Positions 47,701-61,258 of a DNA stretch of 64,000 nucleotides are shown one piece after another. The notes under the pieces are model-generated. The model saw only the letters and a list, made by a program, of their open reading frames with translations, was not told where the DNA came from and ran no database searches. The stretch comes from Eledone cirrhosa (taxonomy: Eukaryota), in NCBI GenBank assembly GCA_964016885.1, contig OZ024743.1, positions 158,162,001 through 158,226,000 of the forward strand, written 5' to 3'. The translations under genes were made by a program, and so were the position numbers. Positions within the stretch are counted from its first letter, which is position 1, and each line of letters begins with the position of its first letter.

Positions 47701-49239
47701 TGATGATTATCTAGTTTCTTGCATCAATGCACTTGTTACACTATAAATATGTAGCTTTTTTATAGCTCTGTTCTCTTACACCAAATTTTTTCTCTTCCCC
47801 TCTCTCACTTTCTCTCTGCTTCTCTCTTTTTCACTCCTCTTTCTCTCTCACTCCTCTTTCTCTTTCACTCTTCTTTCTCTCTCACTCCTCTTTCTCTCTC
47901 ACTCCTATTTCTCTCTCATTCCTCTTTTTCTAGCCTGTTTCCATTTTTACTAATACCAAATACATTGTAATTGCACTTCTGGGTATCTCACCACCACTTG
48001 GCTATTAAGTAATTTTAGTGGAGTCCACTTTGTTGTGAACATTCAGACTCGTCTGCAAACAACTTTCTCTCTCTCCCCCCTCTCACCCCCTCTCTCTAAG
48101 GGTTTTCATTAACACATGTGGTGAACACTGAATTATTTATTTTTTTTAATTAGTTAGTCTGTCAAAAAAGGAAAGAATAGTGCTCATGACATTGAAAGCT
48201 CTTTTTAGACTGATGAGATTGATGCAGTTGGTGTTCAGTTTTGAATATCTGTTAGTTGACATCATTAACAAGAACATTCCAGAGTACTGCAGCTCTGAGG
48301 ATATGATAAAAAGATTGGATAAAATGTTTAGTGAAAGATCTGAGAGAGAGAGAGAGAGAGAGATTGGGGAAACAGACTGTCAGACAGACAGTAAAGTTGA
48401 TTAGAGAAGAGATAAGTGTATCAGGTGAATCTTGGTTGTAGTAAGAGTCAAAGAAGCAGCATGTTTTTGAGCCAGTAGCTGTAGTATGTGGCAGAGTGAA
48501 AAGCCTTTACATACAACCTTATGGCCTTCTTTCAAATGGAGTTTGGATATATGTGTGTTTAACAGTAGAACTATTCTCAAGACCTCTAATATATTAAAAA
48601 CAAAAGAGGGGTAGTGTCCTATGCCCACTTCCCTTTTCTCTCACCTATGTCCACCACATCTGGTACCATGGTATAACGCATTTTGTCAAAACCGGTCTAG
48701 TCCCTTGCTATTTTCCTCAGAAGAAATGAATTTATCTTGAAAGATCAGGACAGATAAATAAATAAAGTAACACATAACATCTTGCTTCGTCTTATTTTCT
48801 TATTTGTCCATTTTGCATTGTCGTGGCTTTCAAACATCAAACTTTATATACCATAAACACTGCTTCCTCCTATTCTAAGTACGATGGCTATTGCTGTGAT
48901 TTAGTATTAGGCCTGTTCTGATCCCAGATTGACACTTCTGTCTTTCTTAGGTATCTAAGACTACATCATCTGATGTGTTCTTTCCTTAATTTATGACAAT
49001 AATATACAATTCGGCTCCATTACAATATACAATAGAGGCTCCATTGCTGGTTCATGGTATCCAAGTAAGGTACACATATCTGTAGTCAAGCCAACAAATA
49101 GAGCTTCTGTGTGCTTGTTTGGCCTGCTAAAATAGAACCCAAATATCTCTCAAGCCACACAGTGTCATCTTAAAAAGAGAAGGACTGCCTTATTGACTGT
49201 ATCTTCTCTTTTGCTAGTTGAGATAAATTGAATTTTTTC

Positions 49240-49472
49240 CCACATACACAAAGTTACACACATACACACTCACATACACAAACAAAATTACACACATACA
49301 CACTCACATACATAAACAAAATTACACACATACACACTCACATACATAAACAAAATTACACACATACACACTCACATACATAAACAAAATTACACACATA
49401 CACACTCATATACATAAACAAAATTACACACATACACACTCACATACATAAACAAAATTACACACATACACA
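49240..49472. repeat. 34-bp minisatellite, about 6.5 copies
   Basis: Unit acaaaattacacacatacacactcacatacataa. Confidence 0.9.
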
Positions 49473-49816
49473 TATTAATGTTCTTTTTGTTTTTGTTAGT
49501 GTTTATTTCTAGGCCAGTCCTGACTGAGTAAACCTATAACCAAAGGTATCCCAGCTGTGACCATTCAGTCTTTCTTTTTAGACTTTATTCTAACTAACAT
49601 AAGATAACTGAATTTAGTAAATTAAGAAATGAAGAGGTAGTAATAACAGTAGAGTGTTGATACAGATACGTACTTTACAAACTGAGTTCAAATATTACCA
49701 GAATTCACTTTTGCTTTTATTCCATCTGGACTCGATAAAAACAAGTATCAGTTGATGTTTCTATTGTTATTGTGGTTATTTAGACTCACATTAACCTTGA
49801 TTGAGCAGATCTGATC

Positions 49817-51992
49817 TTCATCACCGTTTTACATCCGTTCTCCCATGCTAGCATGGGTTAGACGGGTTGTCCAGTTGTGGGCAGTGCCTGGTCAACTGAC
49901 CTTGTCTTGCTCATACGGGAACTGATTCTGGCTTGATTTCTACAGCTGGATGCCCTTCCTAACACCAACCTCATTTACAGTGAGTGCTGGGTGCTTTTTT
50001 TCCGTGGCGCCTACACGACCACTTTAGAGTGGGAGGAGGTGGGGACATATTGTCTATATGCTTCAACTTCAGCTTGTACCCATGGGAAGTCTTCTGTATT
50101 ACTGCATGACGCCAGAGGTCACGTTCTGTGTCATCGACTTTAAGAGGTGCAATTGGGTAAGGTCGGCTTTTATCACCTCATCCCAGGTCTTCCTGGGTCT
50201 CCCCACTCCACGGCTTCCATCGACTTTTAGTGCTCTTCACCTTTTTATGCAGCTATCATCCTTCATACGCATCACATGTCCAATGCAACCTCCTCTCCTG
50301 CACACAGCATTTGATTCCTCTTATGCTCAGTCTTTCTCTCAATTCGTTTATCCTTTGCCGTTCGCGCATATTACTATTACACATCCATCAGAGCATGCAA
50401 GCTTCGTTTCTTTCTAATCTGCGCAAGTCTCCTATACACAATGCCCAGGTTTCACTTCCATGTAACATTGCTGTTCGTATGCATGCATCATACAGTCTGC
50501 TTTTCATTTTGAGGGAAAAGCCTTTTGCAGCTAGCAGTGGCAGTAGCTCCCTGAACTTCTTCCATCCCGTTCTTACCCTGGTTACTGTACTTTACGAACA
50601 CCCACCTCTGCTGTTAATTCAGTCACCTAGGTAGCATAAGCTGTCTACTGTTTCTACAGAGCCCTCCCAGAGTTTGGTGGTGCTTGTTTCCTGTGGCCAT
50701 TTGCTGCTTGCTATCCCAGCGCAGCTGCTACATGTAAAGCCTACATTCTTAGCTAAACTTCCTGAGATCCCACTACATCTCTTATGTACCCTTTATTTGC
50801 ATTTGGAGAAGAGGATGGAGTTCCTACATACTGAGCAAGGCCATTTCCCTGAGGGAATCTGGGTTCTGTTTTCTCGTCTACTTATGGGAACCTTAGTCTT
50901 TGTCAGGTTGACTTTGAGACCCTTTCTTTCTAGTCCCTGCTTCCATGTTTGGAATTTCTTATCTAGTTCCACCATAGATTCAGCTATAAGTGTGAGATCA
51001 TCTTCATATAGGAGTTCCCATGGGCATCTAGTCTTAAACTCCTATGTTATTGCCTGCAATACTATAATGAACAGGAGAGGGCTAAGAAGAGAGCCCTGGT
51101 TGACACCAACCTGTATGTTAAATTCCTCACTATAGTCATTGCTAACCCTAACTTTGCTGACTGCTCCCTTATACATGGCTTGTACAGCTTTCACAAGCCA
51201 TTCATCTACTCCTAGTTTTCTAAGAGCCCACCAGATTACTGCACGTGGAACTCTGTCGAAGGCTTTCTCGAGATCGACAAATGCCTGGTAGACCAGCTTA
51301 CTTTTAGCTAGGTACTTTTCCTGCAACTGCCTCACAAGGAAGAGGGCATAAGTGGTGCCTTTTCCTGGCACAAACCCAAATTGCATCTCATCTAGTTTTA
51401 CCCGGTCCCTAATCAACTGTGCTATAACTCTTTCCGTTACTTTCATGACCTGGTCCATCACCTTTATACCTCTATAGTTTCCTCTATCTAGTGCATCACC
51501 TTTACCCTTGTAGCAGTTGACAATAATGCTGCTGCACCAATCCTTTGGTATGACACCCTCTAATATTACCTGGTTAACAATATGTGTGGTTATTGTGTGA
51601 CTACCGACCTAGATGCTTCCAGCATCTCGGCAGCTGTACCCGATGGACCAGTTGCCTTCCCAGTCTTCATATCTTTAATTGCCTTACTACGCTGTTGCTG
51701 AATTGTACTACTGGCCCCTCTATAGGGTCCACTTGGGGTAGGGTCTCTTTCTCCCATGCTTTCTCCTCATTTAGTAATCTTTTATAATGGGTCTTCCATG
51801 CACCTTTCTTCTCAGTACTTGTGAGGGCAAATTTACCTTTATCAATCTGGACACACTTCTCTCCAATGATATCACAATTTGCTCTAACACACTGCCTCGC
51901 AATCCTGAACACCTGTTTCTGGTCCTCACACTGCAAAACATGCTTGAATTCTCTATCCTCCACTTCCCTTCTAGCTAAGTATACTTGTTGCC
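49817..51992 (-). mobile_element. RTE (PHD family), longest copy, frameshifted
   Basis: Contains QFGFVPGKGT, FVDLEKAFDRV, QGSLLSPLLF, WPCSVC and the family 3' UTR. Confidence 0.92.
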
Positions 51993-52189
51993 TATAGATG
52001 GTAAACTTAATCCCTCACCCAATTTAACACCATCCCCTTATCTTTGAGAGTATACACTTATATGTACGAGTGTATAACTATAATCGCACAAACGATGAAT
52101 TGGAAATGGAATAGTAAAATGAAGTACAACTTTTTATTTATTTATTAACTTTTTTAAAACTAATTTGTATAAAAATGTAATATAATGGT

Positions 52190-52800
52190 TACAGAATGAA
52201 AACACAAACAAATATAATATATACAAAGGAAAGGGAAAGTAAAAAAGAAAGAGAAAAAAACACACAAGCACGTAATAGACACATCTTAGACCACATAGAA
52301 CAAAATGCAGGCGAAAGAGTGGACAAACGAGCTGTTACCAGAGCAAAAGATAGCAATATAGTGAGCAGCACTGGGAAACCTCTCTAATAATTTTTGAGGC
52401 AAGCCAGCATACTTGCAGCGTTACCTGGGGTGATGGCGAGGCTGAGGTGCTGGAACAACCAAGTGTCCTCATGAGCATCACCAGTTACCTCTGTTTGGCG
52501 AGCCGCCAGTAAAGATAAGAACCTTCTTGTCAATAGCCAGACTCCCCCAAACATCTCGAATGTCACAGGCTGGAAAATGTAGTTAGTTGACAGAACACAG
52601 TATTTTAGAATTTTGTTCTGTTCAGCTGCAAATGCTGTAGCTCTCACCCTTACCACTGCATCCAGGATGTGGGAAAAAGCAAAAGAGTCACTAACTGTGA
52701 CGTCCCAGATAAGACACCTGCCTCTTGACCAGGTGCACAGAGTAAGATCGTGAAGTCTTTTGCCATCAATTCTAGACAACCCAGACTGTTCCAAAATTGA
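52190..52800 (-). mobile_element. CRE-like non-LTR retrotransposon 3' end (restriction-like endonuclease)
   Basis: ORF 52384..52794 reads DGKRLHDLTLCTWSRGRCLIWDVTVSD..KILKY..FQPVTFE. Confidence 0.75.
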
Positions 52801-53029
52801 GGTTTGCCTGGGCCAAAGTTCTTAAGTGGTAATAGGACAGCGTGTGTATGTGTGTGTGCATGAGTTTTTCAGCATTCTTAAATTAGAGACGTATGTGTGT
52901 GTGTGTGTCACTGTTTTTAAATTAAAGACATATATGTGTGTATCCCTTTCCTTCCTTTTACACACATATACATTAACACAAACACACATACACATTGTGT
53001 GATGGACGGGTGGACAGAAGTCTCTCAAA

Positions 53030-53560
53030 TTTGTATACATGTGAATGGAGTTCTACTGAAGCAGGTAGAGAAGTTCATGTATCTCAGGGCCATGTTCATG
53101 AGTGATGGAATGCAGAAGGCTGAATTAAGTGCAAGAATTGCAAAAGTTGATGCAGTAATGTACCAGCCTCAGCATTCAGCAATCAGAAGGGGGTAGGTGT
53201 AAAAGCCAAACTCGCTGTCTTCCTGGTATTCCTGTCAACTTTTACCGAGGATCATGAATCTTGAGTAATGACCAAAAGAATACAATTGCAAGTAAAAGTG
53301 GCAGAAATGGCGTTCCTCTGAAGGGTCTTTGGAGTAACGTTACTTGATAAAGTGCATAGCACTCCTGGTAGAGCTGCTACTTCTCCGAATTGAAAGATTA
53401 CATCTCCGATATTATGAGCATCTAGTTAGGATGTCTCAGTAAAGAATCGCTGGACACATTTTACAGGCCAAATCAACCAGCAAGAGACCCAGAGGAAGTC
53501 CCTGAGCAAGATAGTTGGATAACATTCATAAGCTTGGCTGGTCACACTTTGGGATCCACC
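53030..53560 (+). mobile_element. Decayed RTE-type RT C-terminus
   Basis: Contains LKQVEKFMYL, AEMAFL and RPRGSP remnants. Confidence 0.7.
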
Positions 53561-54019
53561 TGGATCAGAAGAAGATATTGTCAATTTACTTTTCAATTTA
53601 CATGTATCTATATGCATATATATTTATGTATAATACCAATATGCACCAGGTGGTTTTCTGCTACTATTTCTATAATTCAGAAATCTATTATGGTGATTAT
53701 ATGAATTAATAATTATATGAATATATAATTATATGAATTAATAATAAATGTCTCTCATAATATTTCATTGATCCCTAGCTCTGAACTGAACCTGGAATCA
53801 TATGATTACAAAGATAACTTCTTTAAATAAGTCTCAGAAAAAAATAGTGGGAAAATGTTGATGATAAATGGCCACTTTATTTTAATGACCTCAGGAGCAT
53901 CTATAGGCAAAGCTAACCTCAGTAATATTTGAACTCAGAATGTAAAGGGATATCACTAAATATTTTTGCAAATCCACTGCACCTATGAGTAAAGAAATCT
54001 TTTTCTCCTTCTTCAGTCA

Positions 54020-56000
54020 TCCCTCCAATGAAGGTGAAGCATGCACAAAGTTCTTGTTCCAGACTTCCCAATTTCTCATCACAGCAAGAAGTACCATCCA
54101 GTGAGGCCAGTGTCTCTCACCAACAGACCCCTGATGATTGTGTTTGGATATCCTACTTGGCACTTTGTATCTGGGGACCAGAGAAGCAGTTTTCTTGTAA
54201 GTTCATCATGGTGAGAAACATGACCAGCAAGAGACAAGCAACAGGATTGAACTTTTGATAAAACTCATGGAAGATCCCCATAAAGAACTTTGTTGGTATT
54301 GTGACTTTGCCACAAAATGTTGAACACCACATATAACATCTTGGTGTAGGAACCATCAAGTCTCTTTGATCAAGTCACACTGAGAGTTCAGGATCTTTAA
54401 CCATATAGTAAAAAGGTTTTGAGTTTGCACGTCGTAGATCTTGGGATGGGAGCTTTTCAAACTTTTTATTGTGAATTTATTGACCAATTCTGGTAGTCAT
54501 ATCTTGCTCAGAGTCAGTGTAACCATTCAGCTAATTAAATCCTTAAGCCAGTTCAATAAGTGAACTGTCAGAAGCATGTAGTGGACTGAGAGTGGATGGA
54601 TTCAAATGCATGAATTTAGTTTTTGAAGCATTGAGAAACAGACCCACCTCTTGACAGGAAGTCTCAGCACAATGTAAATAGTTTGGTATGATCAACTAAA
54701 TCAAAGGCTTTGCAGGAATCAATAAAAGTTAGAACTGCTTTCTTCTCATAATTCTTAAGCTCCTTGATACTTTTAGAGATGTTGTGGATCTACTTTTTCA
54801 AAAATGGTTTTGGTTTGGACAAAGAACTGTATCAATAATTGGATAGATTCTGTTCAGGAAACAACAATTGTAGATCTTCGAGGCAACTTGAGTGAGAGAT
54901 ATGCCACTGTAGTTGTCTGTGAAATACAAATCTCCTTTCTTTGGGATTCAAGAAAGGCTAAATAAGCCCCACTCCTTAGGTTGATTGTCATTGTAGGGTT
55001 TCATTGCAGATCTTCTGAAGGTCCTTCTTCATCTTGTGGAGTTTCCAGAGCTCTAGTGGCTGGCAATCAAGACCAGGAGCTTTCCCATTTCCATCTACTT
55101 AACTAGATTCCGGCCATTCCTCATGACTGCTGAAACAGTAGGATTTTCAAAGGAAAGTAAGATATGTTTATCTTCTGTCCTCAGAACTGTCAAAAATCAT
55201 ACATAGATTGTTCTGTAAATCTTGAATGTCTCCGAAAGAAGCATGAAAGATCTTTTCTAGCAGCTACAACTTCATTAGCATTTGTAGACTTCAAAGGAGG
55301 AGATGGTCTTTGAGGCAATAGCTTAGAACGATACTGTTAGCAACAGATATAACGTTGGTGTAATCCTGTTTATAAGGAGGAAATGTCAAACAAAGAAGAT
55401 ATGGTGATGTCAATACTGTCAGGGAGGCTAGAATTAGCTGCAACAGCATGCCAGAATAGGTTCTTCTTTTTAGAAGGTTTTGGACTATGAAGGCTGCGTT
55501 TTATTTGCTGTAACTACATGATAATGACTGCCAATTGGATTTGAGATGGAGAACGCTTGGCAGTCTCTGATGATGTTCCACCAACGTTTACAATAAATGG
55601 TGAGATCTATCTGACTAAAATCATTCCTTAGAGACCTGTAGATCCAGAGTTTGCTCATGTTTATCTGAAATGATAGATTATCGATGATCAGATTGTAATA
55701 GTGAATGAAATCGATTAGGTACTGGTCATTTCTATGGGTTGACTGGTGAAGAGAGAAGTCATTGGTCCCTTTACCATTCATGTTTCCCCCAATAAGTAAC
55801 ATAGTGTGTGGTGGCACTTTGTCAAAGGTGTTGCTCAACTTTTGATAGAAATTTACAACTTCTTCAGACATGACATTGTGAGAAGAATAACAAGAAATCA
55901 CTGTTGTTTTCAGATTTCTCTTAAAGGTGGCAACAAGAATGCGTTCATCAACTTTTCTGATGGACAAAAGAAGAGCTAACAGTTTAATATTGACAGCAAG
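54020..56000 (-). mobile_element. Highly decayed APE-RT LINE
   Basis: Contains TTVISCYS, IGGNMN, SQIDL, KGDLYFTDNYSGISL and FIDSCKAFD. Confidence 0.75.
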
Positions 56001-56199
56001 GGCTATGCCACAAATAGAAGCTCCGTAATCAATTTGAACAGCAGATATTGTTAAGAGAGTTGTTGCTCCAAGGTTATGAAGGACCACCTCAGGATCAGAT
56101 TTACAATGCACAAGGCAAGTTCTTGGATGCAAGTAATTGATAGCTTGCATCATTTTGCCAAGTTCAGCTCATGGAGAATTGGAGTATAGGGACCTTCAT

Positions 56200-56690
56200 T
56201 TCAGGGTGGCTAATTTGAAGGATTTTCCCATGATGTGGTCAGCCTGGCACCCACCAAGCAGAAACCTTCATCATGCCAAGTTCATTGTGCAAAATATTCT
56301 CAACTTTCTCACAAGATATGCTAATAGCATTGGCTATTTGATTTATTGTCAATTGCCTGTCATCCATTTGCATGTTTTCCTCAGTGGTACAGTGATGTAC
56401 AGATCTTGACTCCCTTTTCCTCCTAAATTCAGGTGCCTACTTTTGCACTGTTGATAAAGCTGGAGCGTCATCCCCTAATGTAGCAACTATGTCAGTATGA
56501 ATGTCCTTGGGAGCTAAACACTTTCTCTGTAGGTACTTGATAACACGATAATGCCAAATTTTGTCTATTTTCAAGAGAAGTTGCTACTAGTTACTTTTGA
56601 AGTCTTCTTTGAACAGTTAGATGTCAATTTACCAAAAGAAAAACAATGCAGTAATTAATAAGAGTTGAAATTAATGCATGCAAGATTCCA
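56200..56690 (-). pseudogene. Mariner/Tc1 transposase N-terminal fragment
   Basis: Contains RVIKYLQRKCLAPKDIHTDIVATLGDDAPALSTVQK and DDRQLTINQIANAISIS..ILHNELGMMKVSAWWVP. Confidence 0.75.
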
Positions 56691-58929
56691 CATCACTCCT
56701 TCATAGTCAGCCTATGAAATGTTGAGCCCACCCTTGTATAATAACACAAAACACACCTGGCTTATGTTTTCAAAAATTAATATTTCCATTACAGAGTCTT
56801 TGTGATTTTCAACAATATGCCTTTGTAAAACTCTGTCTCCTATTATAAAGATATAGATCAGAAGTAAGGAGAGGAGTAAGTATAGGGGATGCAGAAATAT
56901 AATCAACACGAAAGAAAGAAACAATACAGAAAGTCAGATTTTGATCTGAAAATTCTGATAGAGCAAATACAATGCCTGAATTGATAAAAGAAAAAAAATA
57001 TCATTTTGTAGAAGGCAAGAACCCAATCATTGGTGAAGATAGACATACTAGATTTAGATATTCATTTCAGTCCAGCCATGATAACACCACCCTTTCATCT
57101 CCACTTCACATTTCTTTTACAGAGCTAATAAGGAAGATCTCCATATAGTTGCTTGCCTTGCTAGAAATAGTAACCAAATCTCCTTCAAATCACACCCTAC
57201 TATCTTTACAGCTAGAATACATTTGTTCAAAGTTTGACCTAAGTTAATCAACAACACATTTTACTCAAAATTGACTCTTGCTAATGCAAGCCACAACCAC
57301 TCTTCTTGAATTCTAGTAGTTTATCTCCAAATATCCTAACCTTTGACTCTTAAACTGTTTAACAATTGTTAGAAAGAAATTTAATCTCAGTTCAAATAGA
57401 AGCTTACTGGGGTGGAGGTGGGAGGCTAAAAGGAAGAAACATAATCAATAAAAGAACAGAGTAAAGGCATTTACAGATGTAATCTCACTAAAGCTGTCTC
57501 TGTCTGACTCTCTTTCACACATACTCTCCCTCTCTCTCTCTCTCTTTCTCTCATTTTCTCTCTCACCCACTTTCTCAATCTTTCTCATTTTTAGACACTC
57601 ATATACTCACTCGCACACACACTTTCATACACATACTTTTTAACTGTCTCTCTCTCTTCTCTTTCACTCTCTGTCAATTGTCTCTCTTGGGAGATCAACT
57701 TGTTTGAACATGATCTTCTCATTTGTTCAATGGGAAACTTATTTTTAAAACTACAACGTTTGTGGGTCAAGTTTTAGAGATTGTTTCAGTTGCATCTGAT
57801 ATCTTTTGACAATAACTGTATAGCTAAGTAAACTAAAAGTGTTGATTACCGTCACTTGAATTCCTTGGTTACTTAAAATTCTACAATATGAAGACTATAC
57901 CTAGTCATTAAGTGTAAATAGTTAAGATATTGTACTCCAGGTCAAATTTTCTTCAGCTGAAGCTTATTTTACAATTTCATTGTGGAAGCTGCATCAATCT
58001 ACTTGTCAGTCAATGTAGCTAAAAAAGAGACACCATTTTAAATAAGGTTTAAGGCATTAGCTTGATTCCTTATGAACACAGACATGGTCATGTGACTAGG
58101 AAACTTGTTTTACAATCATTTTTTGTTGCTGCTGTTGTTTTTATGGTTTAGTCAGAGAGGGAAGAAATGTGCTCACAAGCTTTTTCAAGCCCACCAAGCC
58201 TTAGTAGAAAGAAGCGATGAAAGTATTTTTTAGTGAAATTTGAAGGATAAGATTTAATCAGACCAAGTAATAGAACTTCTTACATTGTGGCATTGCCGAA
58301 GGAATTTATAGAGGATGATGTATGAGAGTCTGAGGAGGTATAACAGATAAGGTAGTCCAAACCTTGCTAGCAGAGAAAACAAACGGTAAACAATGATGAA
58401 GATATATACATACATGTGTGTGTGTGTGTGTGTGTAGATATATACACATACAAACTTAAACACACACACAGTGTAATATGTTTGAAACTGATAAAAGAAG
58501 CAAAAAAGGAAATATATATATAGTGATTCCTTGTCTTTGTGCAGTGTTTGGTTGCAAATCTGCAGGAACTTCCTTATTTAGTGTTATTTAGTCTGACCCG
58601 TTGAAGGATAGCAACTGGCTGTGTAATACTGATATGTTAGATAGCCTAATATTGTATCCTGTGATACATATGTGGGTGTGGGGGTGGGAGTATATTTATA
58701 GCTATTTTTAGGTCTACTAAGACTCATAATTCCTTCTGAGATGCATGTGTGTGTGTGCGTGCGCATGCGCACATGTGTGTATGTGTATGTGTGTATGTAT
58801 ATCTTTGACAGCATTTAACAGCTGTATTAATGGCTGTTCTAGCAATGAGTTTCTATATGTGTATATATATATATATCGTTTTTACATCTGTTTTTCCACA
58901 CTTGCATATGTATATATATATATGTATGT

Positions 58930-59250
58930 AAAAGGTAAACAGAAATAACAACACAATCGGTACAGTATATATTAGGTTAACACTTGATATAGCAGGAAGA
59001 GGGTTTTAACGTTTCAGACGCTAGTCCTTCACCAAAAGAAAGAATGAGAAATAAGATAGATTGAAGGGACAGGTGGGGTGGAATTGGAAAAAATGTCTTC
59101 GGATAAAAATAACAGGTCCATTCATGTTGACATGTCTTGTTGATTCTGGCGTCAGACCAGACGCCTAGTCTGCCTGATCCTCAGACCAGTGTTAACATAA
59201 CAAAATACACAACAAATCTGCGGACGAACCAGCCAGACACAAACAAGCAT
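58930..59250 (-). mobile_element. Family G non-coding repeat with a decayed hammerhead at about 59003-59040
   Basis: Minus strand TTGGTGA-aGGAC tagc GTCT-GAAA-CGT-TA-AAA. The 3' tip is shared with 15034-15074. Confidence 0.5.
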
Positions 59251-59254
59251 ATAT

Positions 59255-60492
59255 AATGAGTACAGTGTCAACTCTGAATGTCGGTGAGCATGTCCAGCTA
59301 ACATCAGTCTCCTCTGTTACTTTTGGGAGGCTCCCGTACAGCTCTGAGTTCTTCATTCTCAGTGTATACTGGTTAATGTTCAGAGCCATCCTCAGCATTC
59401 TCGTATAACACCTATCCACCATCTGAGTGAGTTTCTTGGTCAGTGTCCAAGTCAGCAGCACAGACTCCACTACAGCAATGAAGAGGCGGATTTTCAGGTC
59501 TTTACGAAGGTCCGACTTCCACACCGATCTCAAGGTGTGGCCCGCTGCCCAGGCTTTGCTCTTCCTCTCAACCACATCATCTTCCGTATTCCCAATCTTT
59601 GCTCCCAAATACAGGAAGCCCTCAACCAATTCTAGCGGCTTCCCGCCTACATTAGTGATCCCCTCTGGCTTCTCAACATTCTCTACCAGATATTTTGTTT
59701 TAGTCTCATTCATTCTCAGCCCCACACTCATCGACACAGTCTCAACCTCCCGCATCAAATCCTCTGCCTCCTTCACTGTATTTGTCACCAAAACTATGTC
59801 GTCGGCAAATTCAGCATCCGATACCTTTTTCACCTTAACTCTCCTGCTCTGAGCCGGTGCTACAGTAAAGCCAGAGTCCTGGTGTTTCTCCAGTGCAAGG
59901 TGCATACAATAGTCCACTACGCTGATAAAAAGGTAGGGAGCCAATGTATCTCCCTGGAGCACTCCAGCCAGTATCTCAAAGAACTCTGTCATCCCATCAG
60001 GTGTAATGACATGGGCTTTGGTGTTGGTGTAGAGCAGTGATATCAGGTCCACTATCTTCTTGGGGATTCCATAAGCATGTAAGATCTTCATCAGGCAGTG
60101 ACAGTCCACAGAATCAAAGGCCTTCCTAAAGTGCTCCACGAGAATGCTGAGGATGGCTCTGAACATTAATCAGTATACACTGAGGATGAAAAACTCAGAG
60201 CTGTATGGGAGCATCCCAAAAGTCAGCTCAAAAGTGACACTGAGGAGACTGAAGTTAGCTGGACATGCTCACCGACATCCAGAGTTGACATTGCACTCAG
60301 TGTTCCTGTGGGAGCCCCTACATGGACACACTAGAAGAGGAAGACCAAGGTTAACGTTTGTTGATGCCCTAAGGACAGACACTGGTCTGTTGGAGACGCA
60401 GGACATGGCAGCGATAATGAGGGACAGAGACCGCTGGAGAGAACTCGTCCATGGATCTCGGGAATTTTACCCGCCTTAGATAGATAGATATA
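59255..60492. mobile_element. RTE-type LINE with a 5' inversion
   Basis: Minus-strand RT (GVLQGDTLAPYLF, FADDI) at 59255-60135 is joined to the plus-strand 3' end at 60137-60479, followed by (TAGA)n. Confidence 0.85.
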
Positions 60493-60504
60493 TACGTACA
60501 CATA

Positions 60505-61258
60505 TATCATCATCATTTTACGTCTGCTTTTCCTTGCTTGCAAGGGTGGGATGGATCCTCTTCAGCACAGCATCTCTCCATTCATCATGGTCCTTTGTCA
60601 TCTCCTCTGTGAGCTTCAGCGATCTGAGATCAGCTCTCACCACCTCTGCCCATGTTTTTCAAGGTCTTCCTCTACTGTACCTTCCTTCCATCAGAATTTC
60701 TTGGCACGTCTTCACCCGGCGGTCATCTTCCATCCACATCACATGGCCACACAAATGTCTTCTCTCCTGCACACTACAGTTTATTCCTCTTATACACAGT
60801 TTCACTCTCAACTTATCCATGCTTGGTAGTTCATGCACATTGACATTGCACATCCATTAGAGCATGCTTGCTTCATTTCTCTCCAGCCTTTGCATATCCT
60901 CTGCAGTTGCTGCCCATGTCTCACTACCATGCAATATCGTGTATCTCACACAGACATCACACAACTGACCTTTCATTCGCAGTGAGAAACCCTTCATTGT
61001 CAACAGAAGAAGCAGCTACCTAAACTTCTTCCATCTTGTCCTTATTCTAGATACTATAGCCTCAGAGCTTCCTCCTCCCTTGCTAATCTGATCATCTAGA
61101 TACCAGAAGCTATCAACCACCTCTATAGATCTTACCTGTGTTTGAAAAATGTACCTGTCACTGACACTTCTACTATCAATTTTCGCTGAACATCTACTAC
61201 ATATGAAGTTTTCCTTTCCTATTAGTTTGCCTGCTATCCCACTACATCTCTTCTGCAT
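60505..61258 (-). mobile_element. RTE (PHD family relative) 3' fragment
   Basis: Contains KRCSGIAGKL..FICSRC and LHGSETWA. Confidence 0.85.

Noticed and set aside
48180-48628. Short ORFs in apparently unique sequence
   Set aside because: The minus strand resembles a decayed LINE C-terminus (QSFY..RAAVLWN), and there is no convincing splice pattern.
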